Origin: a virus
Strand: one strand, 5' to 3'
DNA: 64,000 nucleotides
Virus record (IMG/VR): IMGVR_UViG_3300028840_005911
Span: 1-64,000 of that record
Positions 63,065-64,000 of the stretch are shown in pieces. The notes below the pieces were generated by a model. That model worked only from the letters and a program-made list of their open reading frames with translations, did not search any database and was not told the DNA's origin. How positions within the stretch are numbered: the stretch's first letter is position 1; each line of letters begins with the position of its first letter. The position numbers and the translations under genes were made by a program.

Positions 63065-64000
63065 AGGACGGACATCGAAGCCAGTCGTCTGGATGGTTGA
63101 TGTAGAGGACAATGCCGTTCACACCACCTGGGGCCAGCTCGATGGTAAGATGCAAGGTACCACACAGACCTTCAAGGCGGTCAACGTCGGCAAGTCCAAC
63201 GAGAAGTCACCTCAGCAGGTCGCCCAGGAGTTCGCCGACCGGCAGGTCCTGAAGAAGACCAGGGAAGGGTTCAAGGAGTTCGACCACGAGACCGGAGAGC
63301 TCATCGGTGAATCTGCGGACTCCATCGAGTCGTTTATCGAGCTGCCGCCCAACATGCGGCTGTACAAGCCACAGAACTCGCTGCCAAAGTACCTCATCAA
63401 CCTGGCCGAGAAGGGCAAGGCCTGGTTCGTCAGGAAGCGGAACGGCGAGATGATGGTGGCTTCGAAAGGCGAGGACGGACACTTCAGGTTCTACTCGTCC
63501 AAGCTCCTCCCAAGCCACAAGGATGAGGCTGACGAAGGTATCCCATGGTCTGACCGCTTCCCGCACCTCCTGGGTGTTCTCAAGCGGTATGACATACCGG
63601 ACAGATCTGTACTTGCCGGCGAGCTCGTGTCAGGAAGATACGAAGATGACCTGTACCGGGTCGGCAGCGTCATGAAGAGCCTGACCCCTCGGGCTCTCGA
63701 GCTCCAACAGAAGGAAGGGCCCCTGTGGTACTGCATCTGGGACGTCATCTTCTGGAGCGGTAAGAACCTGCTGGAGACTATGACCTACCGGGAACGTCTC
63801 CAGGTACTGAAGCGTGCGATAGCTACCCCCTTCCCGGACTACCTCACCCTCCCAGAAAGGGAGGCACCTGCCGCAGATGAATCTGTCATCGACGCGATGA
63901 AGGAGCAGGCAAAAGACAAGGGCTGGGAAGGCTACGTGGTTGTAGACCCAGAGGTCCCCTACGGAGAGAAGGGTGTCAGCTTCCACGGCAAAGCGGAGCG
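63042..64000 (+). CDS. ATP-dependent DNA ligase with N-terminal WGR-like domain (3'-truncated)
   Basis: Hand translation: motif I RKRNG, motif III VLAGEL, IIIa YCIWDVI, IV WEGYVV; N-terminal TTWGQLDG...KKTREGF. Missing from the ORF track because it runs off the window. Confidence 0.85.
   Translation, partial: MREFRQTKGRTSKPVVWMVDVEDNAVHTTWGQLDGKMQGTTQTFKAVNVGKSNEKSPQQVAQEFADRQVLKKTREGFKEFDHETGELIGESADSIESFIELPPNMRLYKPQNSLPKYLINLAEKGKAWFVRKRNGEMMVASKGEDGHFRFYSSKLLPSHKDEADEGIPWSDRFPHLLGVLKRYDIPDRSVLAGELVSGRYEDDLYRVGSVMKSLTPRALELQQKEGPLWYCIWDVIFWSGKNLLETMTYRERLQVLKRAIATPFPDYLTLPEREAPAADESVIDAMKEQAKDKGWEGYVVVDPEVPYGEKGVSFHGKAE

Noticed and set aside
63207-63986. Minus-strand ORFs near the right edge
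   Set aside because: They are antisense to the truncated DNA ligase, whose catalytic motifs are clear.

Overview
This window is a segment of a large tailed dsDNA phage genome, most likely a big myovirus; the host is unknown. It uses the standard bacterial code and spot-checked core lines are about 55-60% GC. About 60 kb (61901 down to 1629) is one tightly packed minus-strand virion-morphogenesis module. In transcription order it holds: tape measure; baseplate hub-like genes; four small proteins sharing an N-terminal (A)FxDELEKI(A/S) motif; a sigma-70-family factor; two Gly-X-Thr collagen-like fibres; accessory adhesin-like genes in a lower-GC block; a GT4-GT2-TPR glycosyltransferase with a SAM methyltransferase; a cluster of small membrane proteins; beta-helix and beta-roll fibres; gp25-like and gpJ-like baseplate genes; a long tail fibre; and a spanin-like pair. 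Plus-strand non-structural genes flank it, including a truncated ATP-dependent DNA ligase at the right edge. No capsid, terminase, sheath, tRNA, rRNA, CRISPR array or mobile element is visible. The strongest leads are (1) a probable virion O-glycosylation system for Thr-rich collagen fibres, (2) four paralogous ~100-aa proteins each directly downstream of a different fibre or adhesin gene, (3) the shared DELEKI leader motif, (4) an antisense, apparently leaderless Zn-finger gene inside the baseplate operon, and (5) a long inverted repeat at the module end. All family assignments come from motif recognition by eye; no searches were run.
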